From contig CP075494.1 of assembly GCA_021613535.1 (NCBI GenBank), forward strand, positions 7,936,001 to 8,000,000: DNA of 64,000 bases, written 5' to 3'. The translations under genes and the position numbers were made by a program. The stretch is from Adineta vaga. Its lineage: Eukaryota; Animalia; Rotifera. Within the stretch, counting starts at the first letter, position 1, and every line of letters starts with the position of its first letter. The notes beneath the pieces are model-generated. The model ran no database searches. It saw only the letters and a list, made by a program, of their open reading frames with translations, and had not been told where the DNA came from. Positions 37,990 to 51,054 of the stretch are shown piece by piece.

Positions 37990-38884
37990 AAATTAGAAAA
38001 AAAAGCTTCGTTTTTTTCTTTCGTACGATAGAAAACTATTTCAAACATGTCGTGGCTTGTCTAAGACACATGTTTATTTATTTATTTATTTATACATATC
38101 TGTATTTTCTTTATGGTTAACTTGTGAACGTATGCAGTTTTTCTTCATTATCTTTCTTTTCTTCCTTTTGGATTTTGGATCCATCAATCGCGAGTGTTTT
38201 TTTCTGTTGTATTTGTCGAGCAATTTTATGCACAGAAATTATTACTATTTACTATTTATTTATTTATTTATTTATTTATTATCCTTCTTCCCTCCTTGTA
38301 TGTATTAATTGCTCTTCTTCTGCTTCTTCTACTTCTTCTTTCCACTTACGGATAAATCACTGTCTTTGCAACGAAAGCAAAGGATAAAATTTTGTTCAAT
38401 AAAAGGTTTATGAGAATACAGATACTTTACATGCATATTTCCAAGTACGATGAGAACAATCTAATGTGCCATACAAATGTTAATAGTAACATATTAAAAA
38501 TGCTGATTACAAGAATACATTCGTAAATACAATTATGGCAAACGATAAAAAACAATTGATATCTTTACTCAGTTTATTGAGAGCATTTATAACGAGCGAA
38601 TCTGGGTTCATTTGTTCAAATTGCCACTTCTTAAGTAAATGATGAACTTCAAATAGACTTTATATTCATTCTTTGTGATCATGAAAGAATGTTATAAACA
38701 ATAGATTAAAGATTAGCTAAAAGTTAAAGGTATTTACATAGATACCATTCTCATTAGTGAAATACTTAGAGAATTTGCTCATTCATGTATATACGAATTC
38801 TGAACGGGATTGTATTAACAATCTATTTCGAATAAAATCATTGTCATCCGTTTGTAGATAATTTGCCAACAATCATTCATGAAT

Positions 38885-39015
38885 AACATTTATGGATTCA
38901 ACAAAGAATACAAGGATAAATAGAATTATATGCTTTAGGTGAATTATTACGTAAAATAGGTCAATTTAACACACCTGCAGAAGTAGCTGCCAAATATTAT
39001 TGATTCGAACGACTG
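38885..39015 (+). pseudogene. Possible degraded TPR-gene fragment
   Basis: Reads LWIQQRIQG*IELYALGELLRKIGQFN..., which resembles the start of a TPR helix and contains a stop. Confidence 0.25.
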
Positions 39016-39598
39016 ATGAGAAAGAAATGTTCAATCCTAGAGAAAATATGTAATTACAGTTGCATGCTCTCATTGAAATTATATGTATATATTATCTTTT
39101 CAAATCAACATTCACATATTGAAACAAAAAGAAATATTTTCCACTTCATATAGAAAAACAAAAAAAAGAAAGAAAGAAAAGAAATAAGATGGAATTCTGT
39201 GTAGATACATATATGTATATATGAAGAAAACAGAGAGCGAGCAAGCAAGAACGCACATTTCAACTTTTTTTCTCTGCAAAAAAAAAGACAAATCAAGAAA
39301 CAAAAGGAAATATTGTTTTAATCAACTTTTCTTGGGACCATTCACTTAAGACACACATACACACACACAGACATAGACAAACACAGAGAGTGAATATAAC
39401 ATAGAAACATCGAAGAATAAGAAAACAAAACCAAATGAAATGATAAGCGATTTTTGTCGAATGAGAAATTCAATAATAATGATATACTTCTTGAGTAAAA
39501 ATAATGAGATTCCAATCAAAGTAAATTATTGAACAAATAAATAAACAAAAGGAAGAAAGCGCATGATGACTATGATTCAACTCACAAGTAAACAAATA

Positions 39599-41064
39599 TT
39601 ATCGATGATGTTCCATACTCATATTTTCTTCATCAAAATCATCTAAAGTTAAGTCCAGAATTTCACTATCATCATTATCAATCAATGTTGGTGATGGTGA
39701 ATGAATTAGATTTCGAAAATGACGTTGATAATCTTCATTATCGTTTTTCGATTTTAAATAACGTCGAAGAATGCTCGATGTTGTTTCATCTTGATGAAAT
39801 GTTTTTCGAAATAATTCATCAAGAGATGCCACACATTCAGTTAGATCACGTTGTACATAGGATGTTATTTGTATATGTGAATTATTCCATGTTGCATCTT
39901 TATTTAAAAGACGATTTGCATAGAATAAACAACTAGCAGCGATCATTGACGATTGATAAGATGAAAATGGACGATCTTGTAAAAGTGATAATGTACATAA
40001 ATAACTTGTTAATAGATTTAAACATTTATAGTCATTATCATGATCTTTCATTGATAGAGTGGATTTAAGACATGTTAAATAATATTGCATAAAGGTATAA
40101 CAAGTCGGACCGGAGAGCGAAAAATTAAGCATCTAAATAACAATGAATAAACGATTATGTATCATTTGTTTAGAAATTTACCTTCATAAGAATTTGTTCC
40201 ATACGAAGTATATGTTTTGTTTCGTATGTATTATCCGTAATGAATGAAAATTCATCCAATGCTGGTGGATACATTTCTTCATATTTTGATGCAACATACA
40301 TACACGTCGTGCCTATTATAGATAGATAGAAAACATATTGATTGATTTATTTATTCCTGAACTACGAACCGAGTAATTGTAACTTTGATCGTGTTACATT
40401 AACTGTTGATAAAAATCGATCAACATATTGAGCACTAAGAAAAAGTGTTTCATCATTTAATTTGTATTCATCTGCTACTTCAATGAGCCAATCAACAAGA
40501 ATGGTGCGCATTGCTGAGTTAATATCTGATTGATGATCCATAAAGTTTATTTCTAAAAGAGAAAAGAAATCGAGAATTTTTAGAAGATATCTACGCAATC
40601 AATTGAATGATTTACTCGGAGCATAAATATGTTCAACTGATTTTAAATGATCAAAAATCGATTGACGATAATCAGGTCTAAATGAAATAGTGTGATATTT
40701 CCAAAAATGATTAAATTTTCTTAACTTACAATTCGTATAATTCCTGTTCGAGTTGTTCATGAGTTTTATTCTCTTGACAAACTGTTTGTTTTTGAAGATG
40801 AGTAATCGTTGCTTTATTAATAGTTGTAACCAATGGTGAAATGAGCATTTGATTTTCATCATGATTTTCTTTCAAATGTTTTTTAATTGAACGTGCTGCA
40901 GTCAAAATTGGTCGTGAAGTAATTGATATACAATTCTCTTGCTGTTGGTAAGATACATTTGTACATAGTTTTGTTTTATTAGAACCAAAAATTTTATCCG
41001 ATGAAACATCGTTTAGTGGGAGTCGATTATGTGTTGCGCGCAGTACATGTCGATTCGAATTCAT
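39599..41064 (-). CDS. CycA: Cyclin A
   Basis: Cyclin box '[31 protein letters not shown]...KLQLLG', '[10 protein letters not shown]', 'FITDNTY', plus an N-terminal RxxL D-box-like motif. Confidence 0.93.
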
Positions 41065-42575
41065 AATCTTGAAGTAGAAAAGAAAAAATACACACGAAGA
41101 TTAATTATGTGATAATAGAAACTAATCGGTAGTTTTCAATCTTACTCGAATCTTAAACGAACTGCGTTATTACAATCAGCAATACTAGTCGACGATGAAA
41201 CGAAAGAAATAGAATGGAATATGAAGAAAAAACAAAGAATGAACCTTCCTTCTTTTCCTTCGGCTAATGCCTATGTATACATATGTACGTACGTTTGTTC
41301 TTTGTTTGAAAACGCTTGTTTTCTCTTTCGTCCAATACATATTCATATTTCGTTAGAGTTCGCTAGTGTGAATGCATAATTATCAACTTCATGAAAGTAA
41401 TTAATCATCATTTTTTCGAAACAATATTCTATGATTGATCTAGTTCATGTGATTTGAAGGAAAAAAATGATGATCAATTCAAGTTTTGTATAAATCCACT
41501 ACGGTATTTCACAAGATGAAATTTTGTTGTTCAGTTTTATCAGATATATGTTAACTACACATGTATGTGTGAAAAGATAGTTGAATACATCTGTTCTCAA
41601 TACAAAAAGGTGACAAGAATCTATTTGTTTGAATACAAATTTTAATTCTTTGTTCTATCTTATTGTAAAAGTATACGTGTCATTGATTATTTGCTTTTCC
41701 TAAAGAATTGAAAGAAATGTGGTTGAAAAAAACATTTTACGTCTTTAGCTAAATGAATATTTGTTTTTTATCTTTCTTAAATACGACATTATTCTCTTCT
41801 GATTGTTTATTTGAAAATACCGACTATACCACATAGATAATCTTTATTATATTCATACATAATCAGCTGGTTCAAGCTAAGTGTCTCTTGATCTGATGAC
41901 TTATTTTAGACATCCAACAACATTAGTGTCTGCCTTTTCTTGTTTTGAATTTCTATTTACTGAGGAAAAAAGTGCTCTAAATTCTCCTAACAGAAGTTTT
42001 TATGAGAAGAAATGTCGCTGATGTGAAGAACATGATGTTTTTTTTTCTTCTATCTATTAATTATGATACAACAAAGATAATTATCAATGATTAAAATAAA
42101 CCTGGCGTTGAAATAAAAACGAGTCTAATTATTGATCAATCTAAATATAGAATAAGATAAAAGTTATATTTATCAATAAATGATGAGCACATAGTATTGA
42201 GTCTTGAAAACGGAGAAATTGTTAGATTTTGAAAGGTGGTATTTTTAGATTTATTTAGTGAAGCATTCACTAATATGAGAAGAAAGGTTATTATTCATAT
42301 GTGGACAAATTTATCTAAGGTCGGATCAAAGAAGTCTGCTAATAAGTGCAATATTTCTTACGAATACACAGAGTGAATCAATTGAGTGTACTTCATCGTG
42401 TCATTTATTTAAAAGATTGAAACTTATTGTCGATAGCATTCACTAGAACTTCATGAAAAAATGTGTACAATGTATATTTTCTTTCACACAGTAAATAAAC
42501 AATGACAATAACAACACTAACAACAACAACAACAACAACAACGAGGAGAAGAAGAAGAAGATGAAAAGGAGAGAT

Positions 42576-43505
42576 TTAACCTAGTCCGGATGCTTTTAGA
42601 TTTTCATCAATTAGAATATTATTTGCAACACCATAAACATATACTAATTGTCCTTGAAATTGTTGTCGATCAATTGCTTTACAAACTCCACCTCGTCGAT
42701 AATTAAGACCACGTGTACAAGATAAAAAATTCTTCCAAATGATGTCATCAAACTCTGCATCACCTTCAGTATTTAATGCCACATCAATAGAAATATTTAT
42801 TCTATCTTCATCATCTTCAGTTACTTTCCATAGAACAGGATCGCAATCACGAGCTTTCTTTTGAGAATTTCGACGACTTTGACTGGTTTTAGTTTGACGC
42901 ACAAGTGCATCATATCCTCCATCAGGTAAAAGTGCTTTTGTAAGAATATTTCGTGTATTTTTCGTTAGTTCATACCATTCTTGAGAATCTTCTTCGTGAA
43001 GTAGTTCATGAGTGGCTTTTGGTCGATAACGTCGATCATGTTTTAAACGTTGTTTCATACGTGCAAAAAGTTTTACTAGAGAAAATGATTTATCATCATC
43101 ATCTTCATCATGACCATTATAATAAATATTTGGTGGAACACGACTATGTTCAGTATGATGAGGATTAGTAAAATCATTCAATGATGCACGAGGACGAAGT
43201 TGATGAAGTGAACGTTCAAATTCAGCATGATGATCATCAATAGCTAAAGACATTTGTCGTGCAAGAACAGTTGGAGGATGTTGTTGTTGTTGTTGCATTG
43301 TTGTTAACGCACTTGTTGTTGGTGAATGTCGTAGAACTCCACATCGTTGAGTAAGAAAAAGATAATTTTCAATTAAATCACCTTCAGTTTCATCGATTTC
43401 TTCGTCATATTCATTGGTTTCATTCGGTTGATTATCATCATCATCGTCATCATCATCACTATCGAAAAAATGATTTCCGAAATTGAGTGATGTTCGTACA
43501 GCCAT
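42576..43505 (-). CDS. Hypothetical protein (309 aa, single coding exon)
   Basis: Long uninterrupted ORF in AT-rich DNA with an acidic N-terminus and an ordered-looking C-terminus. Confidence 0.8.
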   Translation of the reverse strand: MAVRTSLNFGNHFFDSDDDDDDDDNQPNETNEYDEEIDETEGDLIENYLFLTQRCGVLRHSPTTSALTTMQQQQQHPPTVLARQMSLAIDDHHAEFERSLHQLRPRASLNDFTNPHHTEHSRVPPNIYYNGHDEDDDDKSFSLVKLFARMKQRLKHDRRYRPKATHELLHEEDSQEWYELTKNTRNILTKALLPDGGYDALVRQTKTSQSRRNSQKKARDCDPVLWKVTEDDEDRINISIDVALNTEGDAEFDDIIWKNFLSCTRGLNYRRGGVCKAIDRQQFQGQLVYVYGVANNILIDENLKASGLG

Positions 43506-44811
43506 ATTGAGAATAAGAATTTTTAAGATTAGTTTTATTTTAATATATAAACTGTCAGTTTAATGTTTGATAATGTCGTATTGCAACTAATATATATTAT
43601 GACGGCGTCATTCAAGTATATGTAAGAGCGCAACTTCCTAGAATATTTTCAAAAGCAACAAGGACGTGACAGTGTAACGAAGGAATCATGGCGATGAGAA
43701 AAAGGGGAGAAAAAAAGCAAGACATACGAGTAGTATGCGATACTAGTAATGCCTCGTTTTAAACTTACAATCTGAATAAAACTAGCGACTTTTCTTAGCA
43801 CGTTTATTCTTTGTCTCTCTGTTTTTTCTTCTTTTTTTTCTCTCTATCTTTGACATTTCCTGTTTATAATTGTAATGTATTGAAATTAATAAAGATGGAT
43901 AGAAAGAAAGGTTCTACTAGATTCGTCTGATTATGATGATGGAAGAATACTCTCTGGGAGTACACTAAATATAGGATATTTTCTTCTTTAGAATAGATAA
44001 TCAGTATCAATTTGTTTTTCAAACAAAAAAAAGAAATGCGTAGATGTCTTTTTTCTTTGAAAATTTCACATTAACTGTTTGTGAGAATCGTCTGTTTGAT
44101 TGAGCGGAATTCAACACAATAAGGTTTCAGTAGAATAAATTTTTAAAACTCCATTTTTTTTTGTTACGATTATGATCTATTTATAAAGTTTAAAATAAAG
44201 ATAACACAGAAATAATTTCAAGGATTAAAGAAAATACACAAACAATATCATTTGATTTATGATGACAATATTTCTGTTTTTGACAAACTAGCATAATCCA
44301 ATTAGACCGTAACAGAACTCATAAATGATATAGAATTTACTGTGTAACATTGACTTAATCTGATACTATATTATTTTTAATCAGATAGTAGTCTTCATTT
44401 GTCTTACAAATGAATAATCATGAAGATTTTATTTCATTGAAAATCAACATTCATTATTCAACAATGAATATATCAAATGACTGATAAGATGTTTTAAAAG
44501 TGATAAAAAAACAAAGCGAATTCTAAGTATAGGATTGTTTTCTCTAGATTAAGTTGCCAATTAATGAAGAAAAACAGGATGAAGTAGTTTATGACAATCT
44601 CTTCAACATATAGTTCTTCCAAGTTTACAATCATAGTAGACATCTCAACGATAAAAACATCTGTTGACTCATATATCAAGTAGTTTTTCTAATGATCGTA
44701 ATCAAAATGAGCGGTTCAGATTGGGTTTATTTTAGAAGACAAAATATCGGTCAGTAGTACTGTTAGGTTCGATAGTGACTAAAATCTACGATGATAGATA
44801 GAAATGAACGT

Positions 44812-45722
44812 TCATGCAAGTAATCCATCTTTAACTTTTGTAGCTTCATCTTTGCCTTTGAGTAGTTCAATTAGTTTCAATGCAAACGCCATTGTAGTTG
44901 CAGGTCCTTGCGATGTCACAATATGATATTCTTTTTCTTCGGTATCTATAAAATAACAATCAGTTGCTCAGAGAAAATTCATGAACGTATAGAAACGAAA
45001 CCTTTTTCTGTATGTTTACTATGACAAACAACATGGTCAGGTGTATCAAGTCTATATGGTTCACCATCAGTAAATTCTTTACGAACACCTGGATAACATG
45101 TGATTGTATGTTTATGATTAACACCGATTTTATGAGATAATAATGCTCGTGGTCCAGCACAAATAGCAGCAACAATCTTTCCATTTTCATAATGTTTTGT
45201 CAATATTTGTCCAACTTCAGCGTGTGCAGCCATAGCTTTAGATCCTAAATAAAACGTATCTAGTATTGTAGCTCTATTTATATGTTTCGCACAAAACTTA
45301 TTTCCGGCCTCTCATGATAATATCACACATGAAACTCATCAACCATTCAATTAACAAGATCTATTTCAATAGAAAGTCGTACGAGTCGAATAGAGGTCAA
45401 CTTAGTTTATGCTTCATCAAATATGTACTAACCATCGTTTCCACCCGGAATAACAACACAGTCATATTGATTAGTTTTTGCATCGTCAAGTGATTTGTCA
45501 GGAAGAACGCGAACATTACGACTACATTTTACTGCATCGTGACCATCTTTTTCAATCGAAACAACATCAACATCAATTTCTGCTCGTCGAAGAACTAATA
45601 ATAATACAAAAAACAATTGTTTTTTTTTGGGAAAATCTACAATTTCACCGACCATCAATAGTTGTTACTGTTTCAATTTCTTCACTTCCATTAGCAATAA
45701 AAACTAAAGCTTTTTTCGTCAT
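44812..45722 (-). CDS. DJ-1/PfpI family protein (PARK7-like), downstream paralog
   Basis: 'KKALVFIANGSEEIETV', 'VLRRA', 'VIPGG', catalytic 'AAICAGP', 'IVTSQGPATTMAFALKLIELL'. Confidence 0.92.
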
Positions 45723-45807
45723 CTAAAATGCATGAATAAACTTTATTGCTGGATTTTCCGAAAATATCACATTAAAAGAGAAAAATGTTAAAATTTATTC
45801 GTTATTT

Positions 45808-46568
45808 TTAAAGAAGCATTTCTTCTCGAATCTTTTTCACTTTCGATGCTCCATCAAGAATTTCGACAATCTTCAAAGCAAATGCAAATGATGTTCCTGG
45901 TCCTTGACTTGTTAATATATGATGTACACGATCAGCTGTTTTCAGTTCACAATGATACACAGGTTGATCGACAACCTATCAGAAAATAAAACCAACAATA
46001 GAATAAATCACTAAAATATGTATTTTACATTATAATCTGATTTTAAATCATTTTGACATTCAGGATAGGCAGTAACTGTAGCAATTTTAACGCCAATTTT
46101 ATGTGCACGAAATACTTCTGGACCTAAAACAACATAAAATAAAGATAAAAACAAACATATTTATTCGTATTTTACCAGCACAAATAGCAGCAACAAGTTT
46201 GCCTTTTTCATAATGTTGTTGCAAAAGATTTCCGACAGCTAAATTTTTTGCCATTGCAGCTGATCCTTTTTCACCACCAGGAACAATTACTGCATCATAT
46301 GTATCATCAGTTGACAATTCATTAATAGATATGTCAGGAACAATGACAGTATCATGAGCACATTTTAATGCTTCACGATTTGCTTCAATTGATGTAATAG
46401 TTACTTTGATACCAGCACGACGAAGAACCTTTGAATAAGGAAAATAAAATAAGATAAATATAATTTCGAATAATTGATTAAATTAAATTTTACATTGACT
46501 GTATTGACAACTTCACTTTCTTCACTACCATTAGCTAATAAGAGTACAGCTTTTTTAGAACCAAACAT
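45808..46568 (-). CDS. DJ-1/PfpI family protein (PARK7-like), upstream paralog
   Basis: 'KKAVLLLANGSEESEVV', 'VLRRAGIKV', 'YDAVIVPGG', 'AAICAGP', 'ILTSQGPGTSFAFALKIVEIL'. Confidence 0.92.
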
Positions 46569-47289
46569 GATGATTGATTGTTATTTAAAAAAGTTCAACA
46601 AGGCAAGTCGACAGATAATAAACGCTTTTATGAAAAAAAAACAACAAGATTCGAATACAATGACTCATCCTATCGACCAATAATAAATAAGCACGAACAT
46701 CGATTCATTTACTTTCTTTTCTTCTATAGAACATTCTGAAAATCTTTTGTCTATTCTACTAATCTTTCATATTACTTTCATGATATAGATATACTAAATT
46801 ACAACTATGTAAAAACATTAAATAATGCCGAAATCATAAAAGATTTTTATTTTTTACATAACATAAATAGTATCATATAGTATATTTACATAAAGCATTC
46901 AAATTGAAGAATGTTAGAGAATAAAGTCTCTTTCTCTTATCTTTGCACTAGATGTTTCAGTAGAAAAAGAGATACACTTGTTATATGAATAATTTTGTAC
47001 CAAGCAAATAATCGTATCATATTAAACTTGAAACTTTCGTACAGTTTTTTTCTTTTCTTCTAAATTTCAACTATATGACATCTTTATGAATAAGAAAGAA
47101 TAGAATAGGTTCTTTTTTGTAGATTTATTTTTTTACTCTACCAACAACACATAAAAGAAAAAGAATTAAAACAGCTGGAATAAAACTTTTTATGTTGCAC
47201 AGACAAACGGAAATAGCATAAATGTATTTCTATCTGAGAATAATATATTTATATATGTATATTGAAAAGTGGCCTGTATAGTTGATGCT

Positions 47290-47921
47290 TTAGATAGCTT
47301 CTTTGTGTGTTTCGGCTTTAGCTTTGTGAGCTTTTTCTTCAATTTTATCACCGACAGCTGAGAAACCAGCACCAACACGTTCACCGATGGTGTTGTCAGA
47401 GTCTTTGACTTGTTGTTTATGACCTTCATATGATGCAGCACTTGTTGCTTCTAAAATTTTCAAAAGAATATTAGTCAAAATGAATCAAAATATAAATTCG
47501 AATTTACGAACCATGAACTTTTTCAGCAACAAAGTTGTAAGCATTAGAAATTGTATCACCAATTTGACCAATGACACCTCGTTCTTCAGCAGCTTCTTTG
47601 TGAGCTTCTTTCTTAGCTTCATGACCTTTTTCTTCCACTAAAATATACATTGATCAAGTGAATTTTAAACAGTAAATATAGAAGAAGGAATTTCGTACCT
47701 TTGTCTTTCACAGCATCAACACCATGACCGATGCGGCTACCAGCTGAGAGGTTATCATTTTTAGCAGCTTCTTTGTTTGCTTCGTATGAAGCACCACTTG
47801 ATACTTCTAGAAATCGAATAATGATACGTTTATTAAAAACAAATTAATGAAATTTATAAAATTACACTGTACCTTTTACTTTTTCTGTTACGGCATTGGC
47901 GGCGTCTTTAACGTTTTGCAT
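47290..47921 (-). CDS. Fungal-type glucose-repressible protein Grg1-like, two tandem domains, four exons
   Basis: Spliced product MQNVKDAANAVTEKVKEVSSGASYEANKEAAKNDNLSAGSRIGHGVDAVKDKVEEKGHEAKKEAHKEAA...ISNAYNFVAEKVHEATSAASYEGHKQQVKDSDNTIGERVGAGFSAVGDKIEEKAHKAKAETHKEAI. Each half follows the Neurospora Grg1/ccg-1 pattern as I recall it (NAANYV..KV..AT..AS.EANK..AKDS....G.R...DA..DK..E.KH.AKAEAHK). Confidence 0.85.
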
Positions 47922-48007
47922 TGTTGCTTTTTGTTTTAGAACGGTAGAAAGAGCGAATAACGATAGTTGTTTTATTTGTTAGAATGAAACGTTCACGAAG
48001 ATGTATG

Positions 48008-48023
48008 CGCCTATATATAGGCG
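48008..48023. promoter_or_regulatory. Palindromic TATA element upstream of the Grg1-like gene
   Basis: cgcctatatataggcg, a perfect 16-bp palindrome ~90 bp upstream of the ATG. Confidence 0.5.
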
Positions 48024-49236
48024 TTTTTTTCTCGCTCTCTTCTTTTTCTTCGAGAAAAAAAGCAGAGAAGAAGAAAAAGAGAAATAGAACTACGAGTCAA
48101 TAAAAGAGCGAGTGGTACAGTACATTTAGTATATTCGAGAAGAAAAAGAAGACGTTAAAACGTGCCGAGTACACGCGACGAAAGAATTGTAGGCGCGGCT
48201 GCTGTGCTGCTGACGTGGAAGAAACAGAACGGGTAGAAAGACGAAAGATAAGCGAGCGAGCAAGCCACGCCATGCCATACAGTATACTTGTTTGCTACTG
48301 GTTAGAATTATTTCAATAGAGAAGAGATAGATGTTTCTAGTTTTTAACCGTCTCTACGTCAATGATTCAGCAGTGTTCTATTCAGTTTAAATAAATAAAT
48401 TTTTTCGATTCATAATCAACTTTAGACTTTCATTCTTTGGATAATTTAAAAATAAATCATATTCACAATGATAAGAAGAAGATGATTGTAACCATGATTC
48501 ACGACTATATTTCACCTATCTGATCTGCTCACCAAACATTCTTCTATTTACTTACTTTGAATATTTCGTTATTTCCAGTGAATTATACTATGACAATGAC
48601 AAATGAATGCTGCTAAGTAAATCATTGACATATACATGCAAAATGAATCATTTAACTGAAGATATGAACTATAAGCAATGTTTAGATCTTGCAGACTGTG
48701 ATATACTCATCAATAGTATGATTTTCAATGAGAAATATTAGATATCAAGCTACGTCCTTCTTCTGACTTATTATAATCAAGTCTATATTCAATATCGTTC
48801 GATTTTTAAAGAAATCTAAAAGAATTTTGATAGTTTACGTATAGTCGATAAGAATGATAATTCAGCTTGGAAGCCAAAAGAAAGTACATGGGTCTATGTT
48901 TATAGAAATCGGTTTTCTTAATATTGTTTGTAGATGATAAAATAGTATATCTGTTAAAATGAAGCACCTTTTCAATATTCTCCTCCTTCTCTGGTTCCTC
49001 TATCTAATATGATACCTTAGATTCATTTTTTTTATTAAGCATCGATCAAATGACAAGTACTCATTTTTAAAAATATAATCTTCGAAAAAAACAATCTTTT
49101 ATCTTCATTTTATTGATAAAATTATTGAATGTATTTGTCTAAGCTTTATTTGGAAGCTTTAATCCTTCTAACATGATCGTATAAATAGACCGTTTGAAAT
49201 AACGAATTCAATATTCATTCAATAATAATTACAAGG

Positions 49237-49923
49237 ATGCAAATAAGTTCCATTCTTCTGTCATTGGCAGTTGCTTTTCTTACTTTTGTTTCTGTAACGA
49301 AAGGTAAGTTTTATCGGACATATCAACGATTGTAAAAAAATGTTATTTGTAGCTAGTTCATGTGGCAATCCGGGTCAATATAGCGGAAAATCACTTTGTG
49401 ATCAAGCAGGTAAATAAAATTTTGTCACTTGTTAATTATGAACAAATGTGTTCTTCGTTGTTCAGGTGGTTATTGCGGTCAATGTGTTAGTTTCGTCAAG
49501 TAAATTTCGTTGAAAATTCTATTTCATTTCTTGTAATATGATTGATAATCAATAGAATTTGTACTGGTGATAGACGTGCAACAGGCTCATGGGTTCGTGG
49601 TGTGAAAGTAAGTGAAAATTATACTAAATTTTCTTATTTCAAAGAAATTTTGTATAGGTTCGTGGTGCAAATGTTCCATATGGTACAGCTATTGCTACAT
49701 TTCCTAATGGTAAATACTCTGGTCATGCTGCTATCTATACTGGTCAAAATGCTGATGGTATTCAAGTTTGGGATCAAGTAAGCATAACAAGAATGAATAG
49801 TTGATTTTATTATTATATGGAACTATTCTATAGTGGGTTGGTCATCCTGTTGCAACACGAACAATCCGTTGGAATGGTAGTGGAATTTCTAATAATGGTG
49901 ATAGTTTTTACGTTATTAATTAA
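49237..49923 (+). CDS. Secreted BPSL0067/Tae2-like peptidoglycan amidase (domesticated amidase effector-like), six exons
   Basis: Signal peptide MQISSILLSLAVAFLTFVSVTKA, then GQCVSFVK (Cys), 'WVRGVKVRG', 'GTAIATFPNGKYSGHAAIY' (His), 'GIQVWDQW', 'SNNGDSFYVI'. Confidence 0.88.
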
Positions 49924-50245
49924 TATGAAAGGCTAATCATTTCAGCGTTTGAAATAAAATAAACGATTTTAAAAATTTCTTTATTCGATACAATAAAAGA
50001 TTTTTATCTAACATGAGCCATAGCGACATCTATTTACTTGAAATTTATCATGTAAATTTGATATATAATAGAAATCTAATAGTATGATTAGTTGTCAACT
50101 AAAATCGACTATTTCATGCGAAATATTTGATAAAATCATGTTATGAATCTCGGAGGATATGGGCTTGACAACATGGCACCCTCTTGAGTCTGCTTATAAG
50201 AATTCTCTTTTCAATCATCCTCAATCTTGCCACATTCCAATTCTA

Positions 50246-51054
50246 ATGGTAACAACGGATAGTTCTGATTTCTAACAAAATATCAATTATTTTTCTCTTA
50301 ATTTTAAATAGGCTTCAACAATGAATCAAATCAAACGACCGACACTTGGTGGCGCTGCCAAAAAACGACCGACTGGCAATCGACCTGAATTAACTGAAGA
50401 ACAAAAAACAGAAATTCGAGAAGCATTTGATCTCTTCGATGCTGACGGTTCAGGCACGATCGATGTTAAAGTACTTAAAGTTAGAAAACGAAACAAATTT
50501 CTTTATTTTTCACCTTTTCTACTTATTTTAGGTCGCTATGCGAGCATTAGGTTTCGAACCAAAAAAAGAAGAAATAAAAAAAATGATATCTGATATACAA
50601 AAAGAGAATGCTGGTAATTAGTCCTTACCTCTGAGCAAATCAACACTGTTCTATCTAACTATATATAGGTACGATTGATTTTAATGATTTTCTTCAATTA
50701 ATGTCTCAAAAAATGGCTGAAAAAGATTCAAAAGAAGAAATACTCAAAGCGTTTCGGTACACAAACGAAAGAATTATTTCTTTTTCTATTTCTTTCTTCG
50801 TAGACTTTTTGATGATGATAATACGGGAAAAATCTCATTTAAAAATTTAAAACGTGTTGCCAAAGAATTAGGAGAAAATTTAACTGACGAAGAATTACAA
50901 GTAAAGGAGTTTTTCTGTTCCGAACATTCGTTATCTTTTTCTTTTTTGTCATTTGATTCTTTAGGAAATGATAAATGAAGCAGATCGGGATGGTGACGAT
51001 GAAATTAATGAACAAGAATTCTTACGAATTATGAAGAAAACTTCATTATATTGA
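50246..51054 (+). CDS. Centrin (caltractin)
   Basis: ATG-only first exon, then '[26 protein letters not shown]', '[18 protein letters not shown]', '[34 protein letters not shown]', 'IMKKTSLY*'. Confidence 0.95.

Noticed and set aside
37908-39303. Phe/Leu/Tyr-rich ORFs at 37908-38387 and 39105-39303
   Set aside because: They are translations of T-rich 3' UTR and microsatellite sequence.
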